A DNA stretch of 63,700 nucleotides, the filler included, from Chiloscyllium plagiosum (Eukaryota), in NCBI RefSeq assembly GCF_004010195.1. It is 4 parts of one record of this genome, joined end to end, with 100 filler letters (N's around TTAATTAATTAA, not from the genome) between each part and the next. Parts side by side here need not be neighbours in the genome. Positions count along the whole stretch, not along the records: positions 1 to 16,777 come from NC_057710.1; positions 16,878 to 48,523 come from NC_057710.1; 2 more parts are not named here. One strand, given 5' to 3'. Both the position numbers and the translations under genes were made by a program. Positions 11,003 to 24,822 of this stretch are shown here, in pieces (within the stretch, counting starts at the first letter, position 1; each line of letters opens with the position of its first letter). The notes below the pieces were generated by a model. The model was not told where the DNA came from. It made no database searches and saw only the letters and a program-made list of their open reading frames with translations.

Positions 11003-13739
11003 AACTATTGGAAACTTAATCGAATAATACACACAGTACGTTTTACTAATGAACTGTTCCAATATAGTAACATCCCATAAACACACACCTTTGCAAAAAG
11101 GCAAATTCAAACACGGATTCTTACATGAAGTTTTCCAATCCAGGAGGAAGAAACATCAAGAGAAGATTCCGAGAGATTAGTGGCTAGGAATCATACACTG
11201 AAGCTTCCAACTCTTTTGAGACCCTAAACAGCTTTTGATGCGAAAGCTAAAAAGACTAGAAAGCCTGGTCTGTGAGAGCTGGCCACACCCAGCTGCTTCC
11301 ATTGCTCCAACTTTAAAAAAACACCCAAGGCCTCTCAAGTTGTTTATTTAAGTCAGCTTCAGTAGCCAGTTCTACCTTACAACCTCTCTTCAAAATGACC
11401 ACTTAAAGTGACAGCATCGTCACAGATGGGCATGGGACCCAAATGTGATGACAAACCTGGTGGCAATTTATTAAGGAGCTATCTCTTGTAAGATTTGACC
11501 AATTGCCTCACCAACGAGCTGTGCATTTTGAAGACACACACTTACAACCATTGTTAGGATCCTGACTTGACTGATAAAATTTGCCCATCTTCTTTGTTCT
11601 GGAAGAATCAAAACAGCAATTCATGACCTTGTGTGACTCATGATAATTATGTTTGATTTGACCATGATGTTACAGATCCATTCCATATATCATATTTTAT
11701 ACATGGAAATCCATTCTTGCCTGCTACACTGTTTGATCCCAGCTGGAGCTGATGTTATTCCATTTACTTTCCCTTTTTTCCTTTTATGTTCTCAAGACAT
11801 TGTGGTTTATTTTTTGTCTTCTTGCCCTACTTATATGTTTATTTGTAAGTTTATTTCTGTAACCTGATATTTCCAGGGTAACAGAACTCCCAGGGAGTCC
11901 ACCTGGGAGTTGGCACCAGGAAATGCCAACCTCACCACCAAGGCTCTCCCATCAAGACTGTAAAAGTAACCCCATGGCATTAATTTGAAGGAAGGATATG
12001 TTACAGTGAGTGCAGAAAACAGCAGCATTCACATGGAACCAACTTCCAGCCCTTCTTAACTGGCAATATATGCAGTGGATGGCATTGAAAGGTTCACTCC
12101 AGCTGTTGAATGTGCACATTGGAATGTATTTTTCTGCTTCCTTTCTTGGGAACTTACCATGGAAAATATTGTGAACATCACTGTGTATGGAATGAGGGGC
12201 AAAAAAAATGTCTGCTCCCAGTCAGAAGAGAAGCTCACAACTAAGCCAATGACTTATCAGAAAAGCAATCATGAAGGAGACGGGTAACATGAAAGAATGT
12301 GTGAAGGAAGGCGCATAAAAATGGTGCCACTTCCCAATTATCACACCTCACTATATCTGGTTATGATGTCAGTTGCTTTACCTGTTTTGAACAACTATCA
12401 GCACTAATTAGTTTTCAGAGGAGGAAACAACTACCTCTAGAAATTGCAGGTGTCAGCAGTATCTCTTTGAATAACTTCAAAAAGAACTGCTGCTAACTTG
12501 AATTTTGTTTGTCCCTTGCTGCAAATGGAGCTCAAATGTACAGTAGGAAAGATATTTAATTTAGATATTCAGATAATTCCACATTCGCATTAGATCTGAC
12601 ACGTTCTTTTCTTTCCAGAATTTTTTCACTTCTCAAAAAGGAATGCTTTACACAAACTCAGGACAGCCCAAAAACACTTTATGGTTAATCAAGTACTTGT
12701 ATTACACATGAGATTATGATAGTGGCACAATGCCAATTAAAAAGGTGATCAAAATCTATAAAGCCTAGTTAATTTCCACATTCTGTTTGAACAAAACATT
12801 GCTTATATTTCTTGACATTATAAGCAAACACTAATAATGGTGTTCTCAACACTCTTAGTTGTCTGAGTATTAAACTCGAGCAATATCTTTGTTTATCTTT
12901 TTTTGAGAGCCATGTGCACAGAAAGAAATTGTGGCTCATAATCTGTCACCAACAGTTTGCGTCAGAGAATTAAATTCTGTCATTTGTTAAATCTTAGGTC
13001 CATGGATCCAATGAAACAAACATTTTCAGAATGGCAGCAGGCAATTTTATGCTGTTTCCTTTTCTCATAATACTTGCAACAATCAGCACGTTAATCCATT
13101 TGGAATTTAATGCTTGACTAATTTGTGAAATATCATTAAGAGGCTATTGATAAGCACTCATGTTGTAGGAAGATAGAACAGCTGTTACTTTACCACTATG
13201 GCACGAGCAATGATTTGCTATATAGACTGTTAACGTTTCATAGAGATAATGAGTAAATTGACTTTTCAGTCAGCACCTGTGAATTACTGACATGCCATTC
13301 ACCAGAGAGAAGTGTAAAGTTTCTGGTGCATTTTGTTTTTGTCACTTGACACTGGATACATTTATGTAATAAGTATGTTATCTAAGTTTCGGAATGACAG
13401 AGTGAGAGTGGTGTTAAATTAAAACTTGTGCCTCAAATACAAGTTCCTCTCTGGTCTTGACTCTCTTAATTCTGCAACCTCCTCCAACAGTGAGTGTTCA
13501 CCTCTGCTCATCCGGCTCTTGCTTCATTTTCATTCACTCCTCTCCCTGCTTCATATTTTGTTGAAGAATCTTTAGCATTCTTCCCCAGGAATATTGGAAT
13601 CCTCTCCTTCAACTCCTCTAGTTTGCCTGTCTCTTTACTCTTTAAAATATAACTCTTTGACTGTAGATTCAGTGGCACATCATGTGGTGTTTGGAAATAG
13701 AATTCGGATTAGGTTTTATTGTCACATATACTCAAGTGC

Positions 13740-13944
13740 TGATTTGGAGATGCCGGTGTTGGACTGGGGTGGACAAAGCTAAAAATCACACAACACCAGG
13801 TTATAGTCCAACAGATTTAATTGGAAGCACTAGCTTTTGGAGCGCCGCTCCTTCATTGATTGTGAAGGAGCAGCGCTCCGAAAGCTTGTGTTTCCAACTA
13901 AGCCTGTTGGACTGTAACCTGGTGTTGTGTGATTTTTAACTTTG
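13740..13944. mobile_element. Fold-back PLE pLTR mini-element (family B)
   Basis: Inverted arms (aaaaatcacacaacaccaggtta...ggagcgccgctccttca / tgaaggagcagcgctccgaaagc...aacctggtgttgtgtgattttt), ~30-nt extra tail at left; TSD tatactcaagtgc (13727-39) / tacactcaagtgc (13945-57); hammerhead cores truncated. Confidence 0.85.
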
Positions 13945-14104
13945 TACACTCAAGTGCAGGTTTCATGACTACAATGAGAAGTGTACAAAGTTGCCATTTC
14001 CGGCACCATCTTAGGTACACAGGTATCCAGGCATAAAATCTTTAGTATAAATTAGAAAAATAAAGAAATAAAGTCAAAAGTTCAGCATTACCGTCCTTTT
14101 AAAG

Positions 14105-14790
14105 AATTGAATTGAATTAAATTTATTATCACATGTACTGAGGCACAGTGAAAAGTTTTGTCTTGCGAGCACTACAGGCAGATCACAGAGTTAAGTAGCA
14201 TAGCTAAGTAAATAATAGGTAAAAAGCAGCAAAAACAAAGATACAGGTACAGGCAAATGTTAAGAGTTTGTGAGTCCATTCAGTATTCTAACAACAGTCA
14301 GGTAGAAACTGTTTCAAAACCAGCTGGTGCTTCTGTACCTTCTCCCCGATGGTAGAGGTTGTAGAAAAGCATTGCCAGGTTCCGATGGATCTTTGAGAAT
14401 GCTGGCAGCCTTTCCTTGACAGCAGGCCTGGTAGATGGATTCTATAGATGGGAGGTTGGCCTTTGTGATTGTCTGGGCCGAGTTCACCATTCTCTGTAAC
14501 CATCTCCGATCTTGAATGGTACAGTTGCCATACCAGGTAGTGATACATCCAGACAGAATGCTCTCGATGGCGCACCTATAAAAGTTGGCAAGGCTATCCA
14601 CCAGCATGCCAAATTTCCTCAGCTGCCTGAGGAAGAGGAGACGTTGTTGGGCCTTTGTAACCAGTGCGTCCACATGAAGAGTCCAAGATAGCTTGTTGTG
14701 GATGATCACTCCCAGGAGATTGACACTCTCCACTCATTCCACCTCTGTGCTGTTAATGTGTAGGGGAGAGTGAGTAACATCCCGCCGAAA
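14105..14790 (-). mobile_element. Rex1/Babar-type LINE 3' fragment
   Basis: ORF 14314..14733: LGVIIHNKLSWTLHVDALVTKAQQRLLFLRQLRKFG...FYRCAIESILSGCITTWYGNC, typical Rex1 RT C-terminus. Confidence 0.85.
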
Positions 14791-15469
14791 GTCAGAGAAA
14801 AAAGTAAACAGCTCAGACAGATCCATATTGGCCCTCAACTTGGGTCTGTGCTGGCCTTCACCTCATGGCCTCAAGTCTGCACTGGGATTCACCTGGAGGC
14901 CAGGAGTCTGCGATGGCCTTCACCCCTTTTTGCTTTCCCCAGCTGCTTTCACTTCTATAAACTACTTAAAGGTATTTAATTCTGTTAAATGCATTGCATT
15001 GATGTTGTGCATACTTGTTAATATTAGTCATATGTCTTGAATATTCATCAGTATGACTTTAAAGATATTTTATTGATTTTTATCCAAGGTGACAATGAGG
15101 ATTTTGTTGTTTTGGATGAAAGTGTAAATTGGGAAATATAAATTCAGTTTTCTGTTATAAATCTCTCACAATTCTTCTTTCTATCAAAGGCAATGGAAAT
15201 GAAAAATGCATTAGATGTATCATAGGTAACTGTACTTAGTAGCCAATTTACACAATCAACCAAAGGGAAAATATTCCCCAATGCATTCAAATTGTCTATT
15301 CATTCTGTTGAATTCAGATTTTTTTATATATGCATACTCTAATCTTCGCCAAAGACCATGCAAAATCCAGATGATGATGAACATCACTTCTATGCTTTTA
15401 TCAATTTGAGATCATGTGCCCTGGAATCTGTCAGGGCAATAGGGTCATAACACAGACACTTGTTTATCA

Positions 15470-16777
15470 GAAAGCACAGGAGAGACCCCAGAGAGAGCGT
15501 ACCTAGTGGGAAACACCTTAGAAAGCCAGAGACACAGGGCAGCAGAGATCACAGAGGGAGTGTACCCAGTGGAAGCACCTCAGAGAGCCAGAGGCACTGA
15601 GGCCACAGAGACCACGTTCCTGTTGGGAATAGCTCAAAGAACCAGAGATAAAGAGCACCTGAGAGCACAGAAAGAGAGCATACTTTCTGGGGAGCAGAGA
15701 TCTAACATTGAATCCAGAGGTGAGGCATTCAAGTGACGTCAGGGGAGAAGGAAGCAGCTGATTGGGTGAGCAAATGTTTGAGCATTATACTACTTGTAAG
15801 TTCATTATTTTGGATTTACACTTTTTAATGGCAATAACAAGGAGATCCGGGGAAGAAGGGCCATAGAGTAATCAATAATATTTGAGCTGAAGGGCAGTCT
15901 GAGGATTTAATTTAAAGGGGTAGATCATGGAAGGAGAGCTCCATGCTGTGGTTTGCTCCTCCTGCTCTAAGTGAGAATTCAGGCACAGTTCCAGTGCCCA
16001 GGACCAGAATGTATGCAGGATGTGTCCCTAGCAGCAGACCTTGGAAGTATGCATTTTGGAACTGATGCAGCAGCACGGGAAAATGTGGAGCAGCCTCAAG
16101 CCTCGAGGATCCTGGATAGCATGTATGAAGAGGTGGTCACTCTGCAGGTTGAGTCTCCACAGTTAGGGAGGGGAAATGAATGACTGCCAGGCAGAGGACT
16201 AGCCAGGCAGTGCAGAAATCCCTTGCGGCCATTCCCCTGCAAAACAGATATTTTAGAGACGAGGAATGGCCTGTCAGAGGAAGGTAGCAGCAGCCAAGTT
16301 TGTTGCATCAATGAGGCAGAAAACTCGGAAAGAGATCATGCTGTAAAGTTGAGTGAAATAGGGGTTGATGGGAAAGGTGAGAACAGTAACAAATTAAAAA
16401 TACTATACATGAATGCACGAAGCATTAGACATAAGATGGATGAACTTGAGGCTCTTTTGGAAATTGACAGATATGATATTGTGGGGATAACTGAGACGTG
16501 GCTTCAAGTGGACAGGGCCTGGGAAATGTATATTCAAGGCTACACGTACTATCGTAAGGACAGACTAATGGGCAGAGGGGGTGGGGTGGTCTTGTTGGTA
16601 AGGGAGGATATTCAGTCCCTTGCATGGGGGGACCTAGAATCAGGGGATGTAGAGTCAGTGTGGATAGAGCTGAGAAATACTAAGGGTAAAAAGACCCTCT
16701 TGGGAGTCATCTAAAGGCCCCCAAACAGTAGTCTGGATGTCAGATGTAAGTTGAATCAGGAGCTGAAATTGGCCTGT
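15470..16777 (+). mobile_element. CR1 LINE 5' part: purine-rich repetitive leader, ORF1 relic, ORF2 APE endonuclease start
   Basis: ORF 16223..16714 LKILYMNARSIRHKMDELEALLEIDRYDIVGITETWL...GRGGGVVLLVR (APE endonuclease); Cys-rich ORF1 remnant near 15945-16030; ends at a gap. Confidence 0.85.
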
Positions 16778-16877
16778 NNNNNNNNNNNNNNNNNNNNNNN
16801 NNNNNNNNNNNNNNNNNNNNNTTAATTAATTAANNNNNNNNNNNNNNNNNNNNNNNNNNNNNNNNNNNNNNNNNNNN
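16778..16877. other. Artificial scaffold spacer N44-TTAATTAATTAA-N44
   Basis: 100-bp unit repeated identically at 48524-48623 and 56948-57047. Confidence 0.95.
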
Positions 16878-17150
16878 CTGCGAACATCTGCCTCCAATCA
16901 GCTTTTGAAAGTTCTTGCCTAATACCATTAAAATTGGCCTTTTTGCAATTTAGAACTTCAACTTTTAGATCTGGTCTATCCTTTTCCATCACTATTTTAA
17001 AACAAATAGAATTATGGTCGCTGGCCCCAAAGTGCTTCCCCACTGACACCTCAGTCACCTGCCCTGCCTTATTTCCCAAGAGTAGGTCAAGTTTTGCATC
17101 TTCTCTAGTAGGTACATCCACATACTGAATCAGAAAATTGTCTTGTACAC
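16878..17150 (-). mobile_element. CR1 ORF2 fragment (endonuclease C-terminus)
   Basis: QDNFLIQYVDVPTREDAKLDLLLGN...GASDHNSICF; near-identical to 50186-50311. Confidence 0.9.
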
Positions 17151-17374
17151 CCAAACACAAACTCGTTACTGACCTGAGTGAAGTCCCAAGCTTCAACTGT
17201 ATACATAAAATCTGGGCAGCCCTTATCTGTTTGAGGATGGGCCAGAGAAGAAGTGACCACTTACTAGACAATGGAACATGATGAACAGCCCAAACTAACC
17301 GTGACCACCAAGGCCAGGACAGATGGTGAATTTCTGCAATTCATGGCCCATTCCTGGTAAACGAAGAAGAAAGA

Positions 17375-18875
17375 GCAAAGAACAGTACAGGAACAGGCCC
17401 TCCAGCCCACCAAGACAGAGCTGACACATGATGCCTTTCTATTCTAAAATCCCTTTGGCCTTATGTGGTCAGTATCCTCTATTCCTGCTTCTTAAACGTT
17501 GCTGTTTTATCTGCTTCTACCACCACATCTAGTAGTGTATTTCAGGTACTTATCACCTTCTATGAAAAAACCGTGTCTTTCACATCTTCTTTAAACTTAC
17601 GCCATCTCACCATAAACCCATGTCTCCTCGTAAGTGACATTTCTACTTCAGGATCAGTAGTCTGACTGTCCATTCTCTCCACATCTCTTATAATTTTGTG
17701 AAGTTCAATCAGATTGCCCCCCTTCTCCTTTGACCTTCAAATGAAAACATCGAGTTTGTGAAATCTCTCCTCATAGCTAATACCTTCCAAATCCTGATAA
17801 GCAATTTCTGTACTCTATCCAAAGCCTCCACAACATTTGTGGTAGAATGGCATCTAGAACTGTATATAATATTCCAAATATTAACTAAACTTCTAGATAG
17901 CTACAACAGAACTGAACCAATTTGTATACTCTATGCTCCTAATGATGAAGGCATGCAAACTCCATGCCTTTTTGACCGCCTTATCTACTTGTGTTGCCAC
18001 ATTCAAGGAACTGTGGACCAGTATACCGAGATCCCTCTGTATGTTGATGTTACCAAAGGGTCTGTCATTTTCTGAATACTTCCCTCCTGCATTATACCTT
18101 CCAAAATGCATCTCCCTGCACTTGTTCAGATTAAACTCAATCTGCCACTTCTCTGCCCAACTCTTCAGCCAATCTATATGCTGCTGTATCCTCTGACAGT
18201 CCTCCTCACTATCCGCATTTCCTTCAATCCTTGTGTCATCCGTAAACTTACTAATCAAGCCAATGACATTCTCCTCTGAGCTCCCACACTGATGCCTGCC
18301 GAACACCACTGGGCACTGTTTTCCAGTCAAGTAAACACCGTATCACTGCTACTCTGTCTTCTTTGACGAAGCCAGTTCCATCTTACCAACTCACCACAGA
18401 TTCCATGTGATTTCACCTTTTTTAGCAGCCTGCCAAGAGGGAGCTTGTCAAAGACCTAGCAAAAGTCCCTTTAGATAACACCTACCATTCTGCTGTAATC
18501 AATCATCTGTGTCACTTCCTCAGAAAACTCAATCTAATTTGTGAGACATGACCTTCCCCACACAAAGCCATGCTGCTTATCACTAATTAGTCCATATTTT
18601 TTGAAATGTAAGTAAATCTTATCCTGAAGGTTCTTCTCCAATAATTTGCCTACCACTGATGTAAGGCTCACTGGCCTGTAATTTCCTGGATTCTCCCTGT
18701 TGCCCTTCTTAAACAACATTGGCTATTGTCCAGTCCTCTGGGACCTTTCCTGTGACTAAAGAGGATACAAATATTTTATACAAGTTCCCAGAAATTTCCT
18801 CATCTGCCTCCCTCACTATTCTGGGATAGATCCCATCAGGTCCTGGGAACTTAGCTATCTTAATGTCTTTCAAAA
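17375..18875 (-). mobile_element. CR1 LINE RT and 3' end relic
   Basis: PGNYRPVSLTSVVGKLLEK (18534..18719); ISKFTDDTRI...WAEKWQIEFNLNKC (17893..18330). Confidence 0.9.
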
Positions 18876-19114
18876 CATGAAGGTAGATGAGTTACAACTA
18901 TACACAGCATCAGCTAACACCATTGAATGGACTGTATATCACAATTTTGAATCATAATAATTTCCCTTACTGTACAGAGAAAATAATTTATTTCTGATTA
19001 ACTGTTTGCCAATCCTTGTTTTATCAGGGTTGAAATTACAGTTTAGTTTATGGCATTAAATGATATACTATTGTGCCTGTTTTGAGGACAAGATGGGTAT
19101 TACGTTAATCATTA

Positions 19115-19620
19115 ATATTCTGGTCTCCCTCCTATCGGAAGGATGTTGTGAAACTTGAAAGGGTTCAGAAAAACTTTACAAGGATGTTGGCAGGGTTTGA
19201 GCTGTAGGGAGAGGCTGAATAGGCTGGGGTTGTTTCCCTTAGAGCATTGCTGGCTGAGGGGTGACCTTGTAGAGGTTTATAAAATCATGAAGGGCATAGA
19301 TAGGATAAATAGACAAAGTCTCTTCCCTGGGGTGAGGGAGTCCAGAACTAAAGAGCACAGGTTTAGGGTGAGAGGGGAAAAGTTTGAAAGGGTCCTAAGG
19401 GGTAACTTTTTCACACAGAGGGTGGTGTGTGTATATAATTAACTGCCAGAAGAAGTGGTGGAGGCTGGTACAATTACAGCATTTTAAAGGCATCTGGTTT
19501 AGAGGAATATGGGCCAAATGCTGGCAAATGGGACTAGATTAGGTTAGGATATTTGGTCAGCATGGACAAGTTGGAACGAAGGGTCTGTTTCCATGCCGTA
19601 CATCTCTGACTGTCTGACTC
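19115..19620 (+). mobile_element. CR1 LINE 3' end
   Basis: ORF 19155..19442 RERLNRLGLFPLEHCWLRGDLVEVYKIMKG...RGNFFTQRVV. Confidence 0.9.
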
Positions 19621-19624
19621 TAGT

Positions 19625-20730
19625 GATCCTTGAAAGATCACCATCAATATCTCCAACTATCTCCTTCAGAACTCTGGAGTGTAGTCCATCTTATTGAGGT
19701 TATTTATCCACCTTAGACCTTTCAGCTTCCCCAGTGCCTTCCTCTTAATAATGCCCACTACACTAACATCTGCCACTGACACTTGTGAAGTTCCTGTCAG
19801 CAATTGGTGCCTTCCCCTGTGAAAACTGACACAAAGTACTATTCAGGTCCTTCATCATTTCTTTCTTCCCCATTACTGCATCTCCAGTCTTATTTTCCAG
19901 CAGTCCTTGCTTCTCTCTTACTTTTTAGGTATCGCAAAATACGCTTGCAATCATCTTTCTATTACAGTACGAGATAGCTTACACCCATGTTTCGCCTTCC
20001 CCTCCCTTCTTGTTTTCTTTCAGCTTTCCTCTGCTGGTTTGTAAAGGCTTCCCAATCCTCTGGCTTCCCACTAATCTTCACCACATTGTATACATTTTCT
20101 TTCACTTCTATACTGTCCCTGACCTCCTTTGTCCACCATAGTTGTATCTTTCTTCTTCCTTGGGATGAATTTCTGCTGTGCTCCCGAATTACCCCCATTA
20201 ACTCCTGCCTTTGCTGCTCCACTGTCTTCCCTGCTAGACTCCCCTTCCAGAGTAAACAAGCAGAAGGCTGGAAGAACACAGCAAGCCAGGGAGCATCAGG
20301 AGGCGGAGAAGCTGATGTTTCAATGTAACCCTTCTTCAGGACTGGGGGTGGGTGTAAGAGGAGCTGCAGATAAAGAGGGTGGCGGGGGCAGGGTGGTGAA
20401 GTGGGGATAGGTGAAGACAGGTAGAGGGTACGACTTGGTTGGTCACTGGGAGGAATGAATCCAGTTGGTGGCTGGGAGGAGTGGAAGGGAAGGGGAGGGG
20501 CTGTGAAGGGAATTGGGGGACGGGAAGGGAGGTTATTTGAAATTGGAGAACTCAATGTTGATTCCTCCAGGCTGTAGGCTGCAATCAACCCGACCAGCTC
20601 CGCCCCATGTCTTTCTTCCCAACCCTGATCCCCATATAACCACGTTTCTGTGATACCCGCAACATTGTACCTAACAATTTCAATCTACACTGCAAGCTCA
20701 TTTACCTTGTTTTGTACACTGTGAGCATTT
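19625..20730 (-). mobile_element. CR1 ORF2 relic interrupted by a PLE fragment
   Basis: WWTKEVRDSIEVKENVYNVVKISGKPEDWEAF (CR1 linker region); similar to 5600-6930. Confidence 0.75.
20251..20582 (-). mobile_element. PLE 3' fragment with decayed hammerhead
   Basis: Minus strand: LQPGGINIEF-like ORF end, C-rich UTR, then CTGAAGA-agggttacatt-GAAAC-ATC (plus-strand about 20314-20339). Confidence 0.75.
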
Positions 20731-22944
20731 ATGACAGGTAAAATATCTCCCTCTTATTATGCTGTTGTTATAGATTGACTTTATTGAGCTGTCTGCAGGT
20801 CTTTCTTTCTGTGTCAATCCTATTGTTTGCTGGCCAGCAACATATACAGAGAATTGTACCATTTCCTTTCCTGTTTCTTAACTCTATCCATATGAATTTT
20901 AAATTCTAGCGCCTTTATCACCATTGTCAACTTACCAATCCTTTTATTTCCTAGCATTTCTGGAAAGATAATAACAAGGAATAGTTTCTAATGATAGCCA
21001 AACTTAAAAAACCCATCTGTTATTGCTAACATATCACTCCCAATTAATTAATGCTTTTTCAAAGATTTTCAAAAGTTGTTTTGAATGTTTTGCACATGTC
21101 ATCTGATTCTCTTCAACTTGCTTGGGGTCTTTGACTTTTTTTTTACATCTCTCATTGAATTCTTTATTATCCATTGTCACTTTTACAATATTTGATTTCT
21201 CACTAGTTCAAGTCCTCTTTCTTTCTCCTTCTATATTAGTCACATTTAATTTCAGCTAAGTCTGCAGTTTCGATTCGGATTGTTATGTTTATCCCTCTCT
21301 CCTCCAATCTGCTTCCGAGATTTTTCAGGCCATGTTGTATTCGTTTAAATCCCCCTGCTCTGCTTTGTTTATCCTCATTTGCCCAGGATTTCAAATGATT
21401 TTTTAAAAATCATTTATCTTGCCCTGACATTAAGGAGGCAACATATTGTTTAGGACAGCTGGTTCACAACTGAAAGTACAATTGCCCAATCCTCTGATTT
21501 TACAATTTCCCATTAATGCCACATTCCTTTCCTACCAGCCTCGCTCTTGCTTCATGGAGCTGACAGCGATTTCACTGAACACCCTCTCACTGTCACTGCT
21601 TACTTGTCTAAGACTATGTATCAGTGAACTGTTCCATAAATCAGGGACTCCCTCCAGCTATGTCTACTGCCTCCTGCTGTTCTTGCAGATGGTCTCTCCC
21701 TAATCTCACATTACGCAGTTGTGTCCCAAACTGCCAAGTAATGTAGCCACATATTGAATGAAAAAAAACACATTCTCTGATACTACAAATACTGGTCCTA
21801 GTTTTTTTGATAATGAGACACTCTGCCCCAGAGTCTCTGTTTTCTCACATCCATACTGATTAGGGATGTACTGATAGATGTACTGATTTTCCTTGATGCC
21901 TCGTGTAAAATTATTCTCACACATTGTGATCATGTCATCCATCTGTACCTAGTAGCCCAACACACAGTATTAGCCTAAACTGTCACTAGCACTAATCTAA
22001 TGCAAGAATCAAACCCTCCTCCAATGGCATCTCAAGGCTGACCTCTATGTAAGAATGAGATCCCGGTTAGGCTAAACTCTCTTGTTGTTTTTGACTCAAT
22101 TGGCTGCTCACAGTTTGGGATTAATCATTCAGATTTCTATTGCGAACTACACTGCAGCTCAATTGCCATGAGAAAAGAAATGAGTAAACAAATCACCGAT
22201 ATAATTCCTGACTGGCTAACTCAAATCTATCCACAGTCAAAGCATCAATTAAACAAATTTAGACAATCCTTATTATTGACATATTAAGTTAATCATATTT
22301 GCAATACAGTAAAATAAATAAGTGAATATTTCAGTGTTTATTTCCAGTCTCTACTGCTGACACTTTAGTTTTTGATTAACCATTTTGCCTTCTACTACTC
22401 ATTCCTATGTTTCTTCTCTTTCTCCCAGCGTCTCTTTCCCATTGGTTCTCTGTTTTACTGTGCTCACATTTTTGCATGGAGAGGAGGGAGGGGGCATGTT
22501 TCACTTTTCCCTCCCTCATAAGGTGGCAAGCATGGCCTTCCAAACCCAAGCATTATGTGCAAGGGATGGGGAGAGGGAGTAAGTGAGAGTATGTGTGGAA
22601 ATAAGTGATTGTGTAGCAAGGAGCAAGTGAGGGTTGTGTATGGGGGGAGACTGAGGAAGTGTTTAAATATCACAAAGCTGGCGTTTGGCAGTACAGTAAC
22701 AATAAATTTCAAAATTAACAATTCCAAAGCAATAAATTGATAACTTAATCAATTGACAATTGATAATAATGGCCATTGAAATGTGACAAGTGCCATAACT
22801 AACAAATAAACCCTTTTCTTGCCATTTTGGTTCAGAAGCAGAACTCGTGGAAGGCATACGAGGCCCCTGAACCTAATAAACAAGAGGAAAGGTTTGGGGA
22901 CAGGTTTTGGGCAAGAGTTGGGGTTAACTAACATTAACTTGATT

Positions 22945-23390
22945 CACCTCTGAACTTGGTCCATATCCCTTCAATCCTTGCATATTTGTGTGTTTATCTA
23001 AAAGTCTCTTAAATGCCCCTATTGTTTCTGCCTCCACCATCATCTGTGGCAGCGCCTTCTGGAGTCCTACCACACTCTGTGTAAAAGACTTGTCCCTCAC
23101 ATCTGCTTGAACTTGCCCCCTCTCATCTTCAAATGCATGCTCCCTCGTATAAGACATTTCGATCCTGGGAAAAAAAAGATTCTGACTGTCTATACCTCTC
23201 ATAACTTTACAGACGTCTATCAAATCTCCCCTCAGCCTCTGCCACTCCAGAGAAATCAGTCTGAGTTTTTCGAGCTTCTCCTTCTCATTGATACTATCTA
23301 ATCCAAGCAGCACCCTAGTAAAGCTCTTCTGCAACCTCGCCAAAGCCTCCACATCCTTCCTGTAATGTGGCGACCAAAATTGAATGCAAG
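22945..23390 (-). mobile_element. CR1 LINE 3' end
   Basis: ORF 22924..23352 LEKLRLISLEWQRLRGDLIDVCKVMRG...GAFKRLLDKH. Confidence 0.9.
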
Positions 23391-24444
23391 CTCAGAGTTA
23401 ACATTAAAGTCTTTCTTAATACAAACTAGAAAAATAAAGAAATAAGTTGAGTTCAACAACTTATGCCACTAATTTCAAGATAGCAAGGGAAACTGAGGGT
23501 TTGATTAACTCAGTTGGATAGATGGCTTATGTTTGTATCACAATAATGTGAATAGTGTTGATTCAATTCTCATTTTAACCAATTAGGCATGGGACCTACC
23601 TCCGCATCTGTCCTGTACTCGATGCGGAATGATGCCTTTGAAGCCTTCTGACAATTGTCTCTCTTTGATAACATTGTCAAAGCTCCTTCATGGACTTGGC
23701 TAACTAGCCAGCTACCTAAGGGAAACTGATACACACTCAGAAACTATTTTCACTGGTTAGTGAATTTTGGATGACACAACTTGTCAAGTTGTGAGTCAAG
23801 TCACTAAACTTTTCTGCACACGAGTGGTAGAAGTTTTGAATCTTCTGTAAATGATAGTTATTGCTCGTTTAGCTGTGAATTTGAAATCTGAGAATGATAG
23901 TTTTTAATGGGTATTAAATGATATCGGACAAAGGGACACATGGAGTTCAATAATATAATCTAATTTAGTGACTGCACACACTCAAGCATAAATTATTTAT
24001 TCCTGTTAGGATGAAAACTAATTAGGATGAAAAACTTTTCCCATTTATTTCCATATCTACTTTAGAAATTAGTTTAGCCACTCTGAGAGAAGTCTGTCAT
24101 AACTTCCTTTAATATCCACCGATGCATTCCATCAGATCCAGGGGACTTATTGGTCTTTAATTAATTTCCCTGGCACTTTTTCTCTAACAATCATTGTTAT
24201 ATTTATTTCCTCTCCTTCTTTACCCCTCGAATGTTTAATCATTTTGGGATGCTATTAGTGCCTTCTTTTATGGAGACTGATGCGAAATATTTGTTCACTT
24301 CCTCTGCCATTTCCTCCTCTGAGGACCAATCACCTATGGTTAATTCAAAAGTCAGAGATGGTATAAAACTTGTAGAAAAAGCGTATCATTTCACAAAGGT
24401 GGGTGGTGACAGGTCAGAAGACAGGACTGAATATAAAACCAGAA

Positions 24445-24822
24445 AACGCCTCATCTTCTGCCTGAGGACCCTCCAACCCTATGGCATCAATGTGGATTTC
24501 CTCATTTCCCCACCCCTCACTTTAGCCCAGTTCCAACCTTCCAGCTCAGCATGATCCTCATGACCTGTCCCACCTGTCACTCTTTCTTCCCACCTATCCG
24601 CTCCACCCTCCTCTCTGACCTATCACCTTCACCCCACCTCCATCCACCTACTGTATTCTCAGCTACCTTCTCCCCAGCTCCACATCCCTCCCATTTATCT
24701 CTCCACCCCGAAGCTCCCAGCCTCATTCCTGATGAAGGACTTTTGCCCAAAACATTGATTTTCCTGCTCCTCGGATGCTGCCTGACCTGCCGTGCTTTTC
24801 CAGCAACACTCTAATCTTGACT
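24445..24822 (+). mobile_element. PLE 3' fragment with decayed hammerhead, within CR1 debris
   Basis: RLIFCLRTLQPYGINVDF (PLE ORF end), C-rich UTR, CTGATGA at 24729-35 followed by mutated aggacttttgcccaaaacatt. Confidence 0.8.

Larger units (their letters stand above)
10507..11424. mobile_element. Putative solo LTR-like repeat hosting a PLE insertion
   Basis: Block bounded by tgtg...tcaca (TG..CA); no clean TSD found, so the call is tentative. Confidence 0.3.

Noticed and set aside
19962..20588. 208-aa ORF
   Set aside because: Chance read-through from a PLE 3'UTR into a CR1 ORF2 fragment; likewise 53523..54173 joins flank to PLE RT.
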